Positions 1 through 10,302 of a stretch of 37,912 bases of DNA are shown in pieces. The stretch is from Paraphysomonas bandaiensis (lineage: Eukaryota; Protista; Chrysophyceae), in contig CBFFRP010000364.1 of assembly GCA_965644295.1 (NCBI GenBank), positions 1 through 37,912 of the forward strand, given 5' to 3'. Under the pieces are notes generated by a model. That model had not been told where the DNA came from. It searched no databases and was given only the letters and a program-made list of their open reading frames with translations. The position numbers were made by a program, and so were the translations under genes. How positions within the stretch are numbered: position 1 is the first letter of the stretch; each line of letters opens with the position of its first letter.

Positions 1-1
1 C

Positions 2-1699
2 ATCTTTGAAAAAGACGATTTTGAGGACGAAGTGCAGGAGATCGCGCCACCTACGGAGGAGCAGAGGATAGATTATCATCAGGCTATCAAGGAGGTTCAC
101 AACGCGCAAGTAGGACACTGGGGTGCGAAAGAGACGTGGAAGCGTCTGTGTAAGCAATTTCCGGGACACGGCGTGCCTTTCAAGGTGGTTGCAGACTTCG
201 TGGACGAATGTATCAACTGTCAGAAGAATAGGCGAGAGCTGAAGCAGCGATTGATTCCTATCACTAGACATTTAAAACCGCCTCATTCCAGGAGTGCTTT
301 GGGAATTGACGCGGTTGCTATTACACCTGTTTCTAAATCTGGTTACACGCATATTGTGGTCATGGTTAATTTGTTTACGAAATTGGTGTACCTATATGCG
401 GTGAAAGGAATGACAGCTATCAATTTAGCTACAGCAGTGTGGAAGTGCTGGTGTACATACGGGCTCACGGATATGATTATATCAGATATGGGTCCTGATC
501 TCAAATCAGAACTTTTCGCAGAACTGGTTAAGTTGTCAGGACTTCGTCATGTTTTTAGTATTGCCAACAGGCATGTCAATGGATGTGAGCGTATTATTAA
601 GGAAGTGGTTCGTCACATCCGTGCTATTTGTTTTGACAAGCGAATCGAGGCTGATGCTGTTTTGGAGGACGAACTGTTACTTGCCACTATCATGTTCATT
701 CTGAATACCCACGAGAGTAGTGAGACGGGGTATTCTGCGTTCGAACTGACGTTTGGGTCCCAGGATTCTATCTATAAGAATCTTTTGGCTGCCCAGGGGA
801 GAGACAATGATCCGTCTCATCAGCTGTTGAAAAGGCTGAACGATTACTTAGCTCTAGTTCGCCAGATATCAGCAGATTACCAGAAGTCTCTAGTTGAGAA
901 ACGAGCTGAAGCGGGTTTGGATCCTGCCAAACAAAACCAGTATTGTCCAGGCGATTTTGTTATGTTCGACGCTGGTGCTAAACCACATCCGAAATTATCC
1001 TCGAGGATGAAGGGTCCTTTCGAAGTGGTACGGCAATACAAGAATGATGTTCAAATTCGAAACCTTCTTACCGGGGGAATTCGGGAATACTCTGTCTCTG
1101 ATCTTGAGCCATTTTTCGGAGATAAGGAATCGGCTATTGAAGCGGCGATGCGAGACCATGAACAATTTAAGGTGGAGGAGATTCTTTCATATACGGGAGA
1201 TTCACGAACCAAATCTACGATGGTCTTCAAGGTGAAGTATGCGGACGGCGATATCTTGGACATTCCATGGACACCGGATATTCAGTGTGAGGCATATTAT
1301 GATTTCTGTGAGTCTAGGCCTTACTTGCGGCACCTCGCATACGACTCGTTTACTGCGAAGCGTTTTATTTCTTCAATGAGGAAAGAGAATATCACAACAG
1401 TGTCGGTTGGAGATACTGTCTATGTTGATCTCAGGTTCTACGGTGACCTGTGGTACGAGAGTCTTGGTTTACCGGATTATGCCACGGCCGCGTATGTCAT
1501 GGAATTCACGTACACCCATTGGTATCACAAGAATTCCAAACGCAAGATTAGCGCCCGTTTTAATCTCAACGGTTCCAACTATGCCTTCGACAACTATTTG
1601 GTCTATTGTTGGGGGTCCCAGAAGGATTTTGACCCTGCTCGCATGATTTTGGTTGATGCGTCGCTCGCTGCGGCTTATCCCAAAATTATTCAGGAGTAG
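2..1699 (+). CDS. Ty3/Gypsy (chromovirus-like) pol, 3' part: integrase + chromodomain + extra C-terminal domain (5'-truncated by the window)
   Basis: HHCC zinc finger (HNAQVGH...CINC), DDE triad (GIDAV / ISDMG / CERI), GPY/F motif (KGPFEV), chromodomain-like FKVEEIL...VKY...PW. The frame is open from nt 2 and has no introns. Confidence 0.93.
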   Translation: MFEKDDFEDEVQEIAPPTEEQRIDYHQAIKEVHNAQVGHWGAKETWKRLCKQFPGHGVPFKVVADFVDECINCQKNRRELKQRLIPITRHLKPPHSRSALGIDAVAITPVSKSGYTHIVVMVNLFTKLVYLYAVKGMTAINLATAVWKCWCTYGLTDMIISDMGPDLKSELFAELVKLSGLRHVFSIANRHVNGCERIIKEVVRHIRAICFDKRIEADAVLEDELLLATIMFILNTHESSETGYSAFELTFGSQDSIYKNLLAAQGRDNDPSHQLLKRLNDYLALVRQISADYQKSLVEKRAEAGLDPAKQNQYCPGDFVMFDAGAKPHPKLSSRMKGPFEVVRQYKNDVQIRNLLTGGIREYSVSDLEPFFGDKESAIEAAMRDHEQFKVEEILSYTGDSRTKSTMVFKVKYADGDILDIPWTPDIQCEAYYDFCESRPYLRHLAYDSFTAKRFISSMRKENITTVSVGDTVYVDLRFYGDLWYESLGLPDYATAAYVMEFTYTHWYHKNSKRKISARFNLNGSNYAFDNYLVYCWGSQKDFDPARMILVDASLAAAYPKIIQE

Positions 1700-1710
1700 C
1701 TACGGCATCC

Positions 1711-1727
1711 GGGGGGGGGAGAAAGGG
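1711..1727 (+). other. Polypurine tract of the Gypsy element
   Basis: GGGGGGGGGAGAAAGGG lies just after the pol stop and 3 nt before TGTAAAG. Confidence 0.85.
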
Positions 1728-1730
1728 TAA

Positions 1731-2895
1731 TGTAAAGCCGTGGGCTTTTATAACGCCCTTGGTAGTTTTATATGATGATATATATTGGTATAATAGGCGG
1801 TTATAGTATATGGAGAAGGAATGAACAAGTTTTATAAGTAGTTGATAGATTGAATTATTAGAGTGATCTAAAGGGAACGAAACAAGACTTACTAACCATC
1901 ATGGACACGACTTCTGTATTTCCTACGAGCTTTTCGAGGGGGATGAGTAATACCAGCGTGATTAGGAGGAGGCATACGGCAGCGATTGGGGTTAGGAAGC
2001 AGTGATACACACAATTTCGTGGGCCTACGTGATTGCCACCCGTTGGTTTACACCTATATCCATATAGCAGTCGGTGTAACAGCGATTTGAGTTAGGAAAC
2101 ATTGATTGGTACCGCATGTGCGATATTCGTAGTCCATTCATCATTATGAGAAGCTTTCTGATGGTTTTGAACAGCTCTATGTGCTTGCTCATCGTTCCGG
2201 ACTATGATATACGATTATTTTCCCATTATCACACACCATCGATTTTCTGTGGAATGGGGAGGAATTCGTAGGGTGCCATTGGGCACAGATGCATAGGTGT
2301 TCTAGGCATGCTGATGGTAAAATTTCCCTATGTATAGATGGCTAGGTCTGTTGTACACTGGTTCGCAGGAATGGCGATGTTTAACGGGTTGAAATGTGAT
2401 TGCAGTTGTCATGAAATGTGCTTGCAATTTTTGTGGATTCGAAGATTGTCATTTTTGGGTGTTTGTGGCTCGAAAATCGGCGATTTTCTGCAATTCTCAA
2501 AAATTGGGGATTTTTGGGTTTTTTGGGACTCAAAAATCGGAGGTTTTTGGAAAAGACCTATTTAGGCGTATTTCAGGGGGTTTTTGACTATAAACGATGT
2601 AGGATATGAATCGTATGTAGTGTAGTACATGTTTGAGCATATTGTACGGTTGTGGTTGCATTCAATGTCCTGTGTATGAGGAGGAGTCTTTAGACTAGGG
2701 GTCTGTCTTTCGTTTTGCTTGTAACTTTAGTTTTAATAATAATTCTCTATGAAATTAACATAGTTGGTTGACTGATCTGTCTATTGGGAGCTTTAGATTG
2801 CAGGATACAGGGGAGCTTGTGTTTCTGGCTGTTGGTTTCTTAAAGAGTTATTATTATAGTTTTCTGTTTCGTTGTTTCGACAAACAACCATTACA
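1731..2895 (+). mobile_element. Gypsy 3' LTR (start firm, end uncertain: 2052, 2895 or 2937)
   Basis: Begins TGTAAAG right after the PPT. Candidate ends are TTTACA (2052), ATTACA (2895) and TTCA (2937). It contains internal repeats and a TATAAA near 2589. Confidence 0.6.
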
Positions 2896-2911
2896 TATCT
2901 TTTCAGTGATC

Positions 2912-5900
2912 TTAGGTTGCAAGACCTGAGTTGTTCATATATTCAGCCATATACTCGGACTCCATACTGGAAGTTGCAACTGTAGTCTGCAGTTTGGACT
3001 GCCATGCGATTGCTCCAGCACATAAGAATACAATATAACCGGTAGTTGAACGTCTCGTTAGTATATCACCTGCCCAGTCCGCATCACTAAATACATGTAA
3101 ATCAAACTTACTCCCACTGAATTTGATTCCTTTGCTGGTGGTGCCTCTCAAATATTTCAATAAATGAATAGCTAAACGACACGATGCGTATGTAGGATTA
3201 CTGCTGTATCTCGATAGTAATCCGATTGCATAGGCGAGATCTGGTCTTGTGTGGAGTGCGAGATACAGGATTGCTCCAATAATACTACGATACGGAAATT
3301 TTGAGACCCAGTCCTCCTGTTCTGATGTAAGTTCCCGTTCTGCAGCTAGTAGTTCTTGTGCATTTGATGGCAACGGAGCTTCCTTATTCTTTCTACTGTT
3401 TCCCATGACATGGTTGAATTTCTGAATCACTTTCTCCGCATACTGTGATTGATCTAGTTTGAACCAGTCTTCGCCTCTCGTGATTCGAATATTTAGGAAA
3501 CTTTGGCACTCTCCCATGTCCCTCATTTCAAACGTTTGGCAGAACTTGTTCTTGACAAAAACAAGGAATTCAAAATCCACAGATGCGATTATGATGTCAT
3601 CTACATACAGGAGTAATAACGTAAGTTTGCCTTGGTGCCAACGATAATATAAGCAGGTATCTAACACGCATGATCTAAACTGCATTGACTTTATGAATTT
3701 ATCGATGTGGCGATTCCACTGACGCGGTGAGGCTCGTAAACCATATAGTGCTTTGATGAGTTTAAAACACCATCCATTGCTGAGCTCCTCATCTGGAGGT
3801 GGGTACATGTAGACATCTTCATCTAAATTTGCATAACAAAATGCAGAACTGACATCAAGCTGGTGTACATGCATATGGAACATAAAAGCAATTGCAATCA
3901 CGAGCCTGATAGTTATCCCTTTGACAACCGGTGCAAATGTAGATGGCTCCTCCTCAGTTTTCTCCTGAAGATTTCCTAGTGCGACTAGTCGAGCTTTATA
4001 CTTCTGTATGTTGCCTAGTATGTCACGCTTGAGTTTGTGAACATACTTACATCTGATTAATTTGACCCCAGATGGTCGACGTACTATCTTCAAAACGCCT
4101 CTTCGTAAAAGAGCTTTCTTCTCTATTCGTCTGGCTGTTCTCCATTCTTCCGCTTGAGGGGACCTCTCCGCCTCTAGAAAACTGTTCGGTTCATGGACGT
4201 GTTTATTCTCAGTACTCTCCTCTGAATCCATGACATTTACATCGGCATCCATTACCTCTATCATGTTAATTTCTCCTAACACTGAAGCATTAGCTAGCCT
4301 CCTCCGTAAACGCTTACGTTTCTCTGCATCCCTTTTAGATACTCTCTGTAGGGTATTAGTACTGTTAGAATTTATAGTATCAGTATATTCAGGTACTCCC
4401 TGTTTTACTGCTCGATCAGGTTCTCCCTGAGCTGCATCTGCATCAAGTACTCCTTGAGTCATATCTTCATCAGGTGCTCCCTGAATAATACCATGGTTAA
4501 CTAGCTGCTCCTGATGGCTCTCAGGTGCTGGGATAGTGGACGTACTCCGTCCATCAGTGGTACTAGAAGCGTCCCTCGTTCCCGTATATCCCGTGTATCC
4601 AGGCGTATTCCTTGTCATTACCTGAACATCTTCTATATGTATGGGTACCTTCTGCTCAATGTGGGTTCTCCCCGCAGTTACAAGTGACCGATAACCAACA
4701 ATGACACCCTTTCTTTCTACCACTCTGGTGGTCTTGTACAACAGCCCGTCTTCATCGTCTATGTGAAAAGTCTTCACGAGATGCTGATAATCATTCACCG
4801 TCTTTGGTCTAGGTGCTGTTCGTACTCGAAGAGCGTCGATTTCTGCGTAATATTCTTCGGTGCGGGAAGGTATACTCTCATCTGTGAGTATGTGTACACA
4901 CGTAATTACCTTATCGGTTGCTGGGAGATACACCTGGTATCCAACTTTATCTTCCGAATATCCCACTAGGTATCCAATCTTTGATTTATCGTCCCAGTCC
5001 TTTCGCCTGTCCGCCTTAGGTGTCAATATATAAGTTTTGCACCCCCATACTCTAAAATATTTCAAACTGGGTGGCTGACCCGTGACATACTCATATGGGG
5101 ACATGTATCCTCTGTCCGTCCTTGTAGGGAGTCTGATCAGTGTATAGCGAGCAGCATGATACGCGTCTAACCAGAATGGAACCGGTAGGCCTGACTGCAA
5201 CAACATCGCCAACGCCATCTCTGATGCAGTCCTGAATTTTCGCTCCTCTACTGCATTCATTTCCGGACTATCTGTTGAAGACCAAGTATGTTTGTAGCAG
5301 CCTTGTGATCTCAAATAGCTCCTAAGTTCTTGATTTATGAGTTCTCCAGCTCCATCAGCGTGGTAGTGGTCCACTCTCAGCTTATATTGCCTAATCTCTC
5401 CTTCGAACACCTCTCTAAAAAACTGAATCACTTCTTCTTTAGTACGCTGGTTTACGCCTTTTACCCAGAACATCCTACTCGGGTGATGAGTTAGTTTGAT
5501 CACGTAGCGCTCATCACCTCGAGCGGGAGTATTCAGAAATACTTGCACATCAGCCGATATGTCCGGCTTGACATCCGTATCCTCCTTTGTGTGAAACGAA
5601 ACTCTCGTAATCTTTGATCTGGCACATATGCTACAGAGACAAGATTTTTTTAATGCAGTCTTCGATAGGTGCTTCCTCTGCAGATTTGAGCCCGTGAACA
5701 ACATCCTTCTATGTGCCTCCGTTAGAGCCCCTTTGTTGAAATGGCCCATTCTCCTATGCAGCAGTTCCAGCTCGTCCTCACCAGTCCTATCGCTAAGATT
5801 TACTTCACAATTACTCGGTGTAGACACATCTGGAAGCTCCAACAGCTGCTGAGTTGGAACTGCAGTCATTCCATTTTTCATGGGTCCCTCCAGTACCAGC

Positions 5901-7294
5901 TCACCGGTATTACAGTCATAAATTTGGATCCCATACCACACCGTGAATCGATAGCCCATTTCGTTCAGCTTACGTCCGGAGCACAGGCATCGATTGATCT
6001 GATCTGAAATTTCTATGTCTCTCCATGCTCCACGGGAACCCACACTTGTGATATGAATCTCTGATCCCTTCTTAGATCCGTTTATCACCTTTGATGTATT
6101 CATATGAGTGTCAAGCATGGTCACATCATTCATCAAGAACATTGATGATGAACAGCATGTATCTATGTATGTATAGTGTTCAGCAGTACCAATCATACAA
6201 CATGTGTCACTTTTATCATATATATCAACAGCACAGTCATAAAGCATATTCGCTTCGGACTCCGAGTCAGACTCGGTTCCTCCTCTGCGGATATTCTCGA
6301 ATGTGAAAACCTTCCCAGATTTCTGGGGTTTCTTGGTCTTTCCAGTCGAATTTCGGGGACATTCGTTCGCGCGATGGTTTTTGGATTTGCATACTCTGCA
6401 TCCTGTATATTCCTTACTGCCCGGTCTTTGTCCCTTCGTTTCCCCCTTTTTCTTCCTACATTGTTCTGTATTATGATTGTGTATTATACCTTTCTTCGAG
6501 CAATAAGTGCACTTCCTCTTTGTAGATACTCTCTCTTTCTTTCGAGGCTTTTCAATATGATTCAGCTCCTCCGTGCTCTTGCGCTTCTTCTCTATGATTT
6601 TCCTCCCATACTTGGTGTCGTCGAACTGTTCGATACGTTTGGATAGCAATTCATATGGTACATCATCGGGCATTAAATACAGGGCATAATTCAAACCGTC
6701 ATATTCATCACTGATAATTCCCTCCTTCAGCCTACTAATTTTTGATTCTTCCGTTACCGTTTGGTTATGCGCCTGAAGTTCACGAAGAAGCAGCTCAAAA
6801 CGCAGTACATACTCTTTCGCGGTCTCCCCTGGCTTCATCTCGAATGATCCAAACTGAGCAAGCAGAGCACTAATCTTGTTTTGTGTTCCCCCTTCAAAAC
6901 ACGATTTAAGAGTGCTAACCATCTCTCTGGCGCTGAACTTATTAACTCTTCCTTCAGCTGCCTTGAACTCCTTGTGCTTCAGATGAAACTTCTGCAGCGC
7001 CTTCGGAGATCGCTTCACCGCCTCTCTGCAGTATGAGTAGGCAATTGCATTCGCCTTCCAATACTTGTCCACCGCTTCTTTGTAGGACTTGGTCTCAAGA
7101 CTATTCAGGGGTTGAATTCCGAAATCCTCTTCCTCTGGTGGCCTTTCTAGAGCCACCTCACTCTGCTCCTTTCTCATAAGGAACGTCTCAAAGTCTTCGA
7201 TCCATTGTTCAACGTTGCTCTCGTCGAACCATGGAACATCAGCTCTATCCTCCTTCTCTCCTCCGCATTCGCTACCATATTGACTAAAGACCAT
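2912..7294 (-). CDS. Copia gag-pol polyprotein (RNase H truncated)
   Basis: Zinc knuckles (CRVCKSKNHRANEC), protease YIDTC, GAG-pre-integrase HRRMGH...CSIC, integrase ADGAGE...VEERKFRT, RT (KARLVA, LDVSSAF, LYGLRASPRQW, YVDD), RNase H SDADWAGD...SSMESEY followed by a non-homologous tail. First ATG is at 7294. Confidence 0.93.
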   Translation of the reverse strand: MVFSQYGSECGGEKEDRADVPWFDESNVEQWIEDFETFLMRKEQSEVALERPPEEEDFGIQPLNSLETKSYKEAVDKYWKANAIAYSYCREAVKRSPKALQKFHLKHKEFKAAEGRVNKFSAREMVSTLKSCFEGGTQNKISALLAQFGSFEMKPGETAKEYVLRFELLLRELQAHNQTVTEESKISRLKEGIISDEYDGLNYALYLMPDDVPYELLSKRIEQFDDTKYGRKIIEKKRKSTEELNHIEKPRKKERVSTKRKCTYCSKKGIIHNHNTEQCRKKKGETKGQRPGSKEYTGCRVCKSKNHRANECPRNSTGKTKKPQKSGKVFTFENIRRGGTESDSESEANMLYDCAVDIYDKSDTCCMIGTAEHYTYIDTCCSSSMFLMNDVTMLDTHMNTSKVINGSKKGSEIHITSVGSRGAWRDIEISDQINRCLCSGRKLNEMGYRFTVWYGIQIYDCNTGELVLEGPMKNGMTAVPTQQLLELPDVSTPSNCEVNLSDRTGEDELELLHRRMGHFNKGALTEAHRRMLFTGSNLQRKHLSKTALKKSCLCSICARSKITRVSFHTKEDTDVKPDISADVQVFLNTPARGDERYVIKLTHHPSRMFWVKGVNQRTKEEVIQFFREVFEGEIRQYKLRVDHYHADGAGELINQELRSYLRSQGCYKHTWSSTDSPEMNAVEERKFRTASEMALAMLLQSGLPVPFWLDAYHAARYTLIRLPTRTDRGYMSPYEYVTGQPPSLKYFRVWGCKTYILTPKADRRKDWDDKSKIGYLVGYSEDKVGYQVYLPATDKVITCVHILTDESIPSRTEEYYAEIDALRVRTAPRPKTVNDYQHLVKTFHIDDEDGLLYKTTRVVERKGVIVGYRSLVTAGRTHIEQKVPIHIEDVQVMTRNTPGYTGYTGTRDASSTTDGRSTSTIPAPESHQEQLVNHGIIQGAPDEDMTQGVLDADAAQGEPDRAVKQGVPEYTDTINSNSTNTLQRVSKRDAEKRKRLRRRLANASVLGEINMIEVMDADVNVMDSEESTENKHVHEPNSFLEAERSPQAEEWRTARRIEKKALLRRGVLKIVRRPSGVKLIRCKYVHKLKRDILGNIQKYKARLVALGNLQEKTEEEPSTFAPVVKGITIRLVIAIAFMFHMHVHQLDVSSAFCYANLDEDVYMYPPPDEELSNGWCFKLIKALYGLRASPRQWNRHIDKFIKSMQFRSCVLDTCLYYRWHQGKLTLLLLYVDDIIIASVDFEFLVFVKNKFCQTFEMRDMGECQSFLNIRITRGEDWFKLDQSQYAEKVIQKFNHVMGNSRKNKEAPLPSNAQELLAAERELTSEQEDWVSKFPYRSIIGAILYLALHTRPDLAYAIGLLSRYSSNPTYASCRLAIHLLKYLRGTTSKGIKFSGSKFDLHVFSDADWAGDILTRRSTTGYIVFLCAGAIAWQSKLQTTVATSSMESEYMAEYMNNSGLAT
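7270..7277 (-). other. Primer-binding site, tRNA-iMet type
   Basis: TGGTAGCG on the minus strand immediately after the LTR end, complementary to a ...GCUACCA tRNA 3' end. Confidence 0.7.
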
Positions 7295-7598
7295 TTTCAG
7301 ATGATTAAGATCGTTGTAAGAGAAGTTTAAGTTAGTCAAACTAGATAGATTACTTTATTATGATTGTATACACAATTGTGTGTGTTGTCATGTAGCACAT
7401 GTCAACAACATGATAAATTATTTCGTTCATGTTAACCACTGCTCAACTTCCGTATCTTGAATCGTCATGATATAATACTTCAGTTTCACAGTTATAGCTA
7501 TATAGCACCTTTTGACTATTGACTACGTATTACTGTTTTTCACATTGTATTTAACGTATTCTACAGTACTATCTTAGAGAACCATACGTATTCCAACA
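7278..7598 (-). repeat. Copia 5' LTR (~320 bp)
   Basis: Minus strand starts TGTTGGAATA, contains AATAAAG and ends ...GTCAATA directly before the PBS. Confidence 0.75.
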
Positions 7599-7760
7599 GG
7601 GGGCTGGGACGGCACGAGTAAGTTTGTGACTTTCTTCTATAATGAATACTAAACTGAAAAAGCTACAAAACAACAGAAAAGCTCCAGGTTTTTGAGTTGT
7701 GGGTTGTGAGTGTACCGTTTAACGGTTCAACGACATTGCACAGCAGTACCCTACAATATA

Positions 7761-9518
7761 CTAGCTCATTTGCCCTTCAACACTACTGCTATTTACACAT
7801 TCAAGAATAAGGGGTTTCCACTGCGATACTGGAACGACAATGTCCTACGCACTCCATTTTAATCACGTTATTGTTAGTACACAATTCGTAACTACCTGCT
7901 GAATCCAAAACATCATCGTCTCACGTACAGTTGCGCCAAACTGACCCTCCTCAAGAATTTTCTCTTTGCCCATCCTCTCTAACTTTTCCTTATTCGCTTG
8001 GGTATACAGATCCCAATGAAAAACAGCTTTCGTCCTTGACACATAAAAGACATTTACACATTAATACATTATATGTCTGAGTGATACCTGTCCGTTAATC
8101 TCCATTCCATATACTTCACACCTGCTTCACGAGCTCTATCCGGTATAAGAGCCCTGTGCTTATTTTTATATGGAAGCAACTGTAAATAAACTGTGCCAGG
8201 GTGCATGTACACAACGTTATCACCGCCCGATCCTATTACTCCAACAAGGACATGAACAGATCGAATTGCGCGAATGCGCTCAAAAAGTGTCATTCTTTCT
8301 AGCGGCAGTAAAACACAATCGATACCCAACTTCATAGTTTCTTCTAACAATTTATACTCATTTAAAATAAAACGCTTGCTACGTCGGGATATAATACCCA
8401 CTCTGTAAGAAGTCGAAGGTGGATATACTGACTCTAATCTCAGTCGATTCACCACATATTCAACTGCATACTCTGTATTCTTTCTCGACTGACGAGGCCT
8501 GAATGACGATGAGTTGCAGAAACATATTCCATCCGGAAGTAGTTTGTCATGTCGCCGCCAACAAAAATTAGATATCAAACCAAAATGCTCAAAAAACTTC
8601 GTATCTTTAGCACCAGATACCAATATATGCACATGTCCACTCGACCCCAGTTTAAATCTCCAGAAATTCAATATATCAGACCAAGATGCCATCCTGAAAT
8701 AAATATTAACCATATCATATCATTTATTAATACTTCTACTACCAATGATAAAACATCGCTTGCGATTCATCGTCCAAGTGCAGCACAATACTGCTGTCAT
8801 GAATCCACCTCTTGCACTCTGAGTGATGTCTGACATCAGACCATCCCCCCCTTTCCGTCATCCTCTTTGCCTTATCACAAGTTTGTGATTGGGAAAAGGT
8901 CCCCTGTCCAGAGAAGTCTTCGCATATTGCTCGGGATGTGCTCCAAACACACATTTCATCGGAGGAACATGCCTCTTCGTCATGAATCATGCAGGCATCG
9001 GACATAACATCACTACACAAAAAAATTACCAGAAAAACACCCACTACAACTTACTACCATCCAGAATATCCTAGCAATGGACCATGGTTTCGTCCAAATG
9101 AATCTGCCATCCCACTTTCATAATACTGCGTCAAAAAATCGGTTGTTTGCTCTTCTTTAGAAACTTTCATCCGAAGGTTACCATCACTTTGCGTAGATTG
9201 AAATCGCTCCCATGAACTACTGTGTGTAGGCACAATAGAGTGCCAATCAATCTTTGCTTTTCTAAAAGAGTCAACGATATTAGGAACACTTCTATCAGAG
9301 AATGAAAGAGTTGAAGTAAGTTCATCTTTACTGCTGCTTTCTTGAGTAGATAATATTGATGAGTTAGATATCTCTAAATTCGATTGTGTCTCCATTTCAG
9401 AATTTCTTCCCGTATTAATAATAGCATCTTTCTGTTGATTGTTATATACGACAAACCTCATAACTATCACAGTAATGTATAGAAGCACTATCACTAGAAG
9501 CAGACAACGTATCATCAT
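7761..9518 (-). CDS. Type II membrane glycosyltransferase family 61 (EOGT/POMGNT2-like), 5 exons
   Basis: N-terminal TM helix, MFYHW, IISRRSKRFILNE, GVIGSGGDN..YMHPG and FWIQQD. Short GT-AG introns (9057-9013, 8742-8694 and two more near 8.06 and 7.87 kb) join the ORFs in frame to TAG at 7763-7761. Confidence 0.8.
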
Positions 9519-10302
9519 TACTTTGAATCTATTCAATGACAGTTGTTGACTGTATTGATATGATTTATAAGTGGTAGTTAGTAACTTGTAATGCAATGGA
9601 TAGATAAATATACGTGGATCTGTATATATATATGCTGTAGTGTGCAATCCATGCACTCAATGCATTAACTTACACTTTACTTGCAAGTTTATGTTGAAAT
9701 TTATTATAAACATGATCATAATGTGTGATTTAGAGGTAATTGGGACATAGTTTGCCTCCCTGGTGGCAGATAGTAGTGCCATTTCATATTTACATTAACA
9801 CATATAGAAATCGCCGGTTTATATCTATTTACTTCCTGAATATCTAGATATCTAGACAGTGTATCCTAATAGTTAGAGTTTTTGTAAATATAGTATATGA
9901 AAATCTCATCTTTTCTATAAAACACTATATTACAGACCTTCATATCTAGAAATCCAACAATACACTCCAAAAACACTGATCTGAAAAAGCTGAAATCTCT
10001 TCAAGATTTCTTTTCCCAAAAAATCACAATGTGCTATCTACTCACTTCATACTCTCTCCATGTGTATGTATGTATATATAGATCAAGATGTACAAGAGAT
10101 GACTGTATGTATGTATGTATATGTATGTGTATGTGTATGTGTATGTGTATGCAATGGGGATCATCTCATAGTGTTGGTGTTGGGTTGCATATATACACAC
10201 ATCTCTCCATATATAACCAAATCTCAGTGGAATTATAGTGAGGATTATTAAATAGGAACATTATCAATTTATCTTTGATTCAGTTCCTCTTCACATCGAA
10301 AT

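Larger units (their letters stand above)
2938..7598 (-). mobile_element. Ty1/Copia LTR retrotransposon, 3'-truncated
   Basis: 5' LTR, PBS and a single gag-pol ORF in PR-IN-RT-RH order. Homology stops inside RNase H, and no PPT or 3' LTR is seen in the window. Confidence 0.93.

Noticed and set aside
2338-2609. Three overlapping ORFs
   Set aside because: They arise from T/G-rich LTR-like repeats and show no protein motifs.
3459-6646. Plus-strand ORFs within the Copia element
   Set aside because: They are antisense shadows of gag-pol.
7960-7980. Suspected frameshift in GT61 exon 4
   Set aside because: Re-reading gives ATG GGC AAA GAG, so the frame is intact.
8739-9056. Stop-codon readthrough or an alternative genetic code at TGG-TAG ORF ends
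   Set aside because: Both stops fall inside GTAGTA-starting introns whose removal restores the frame.
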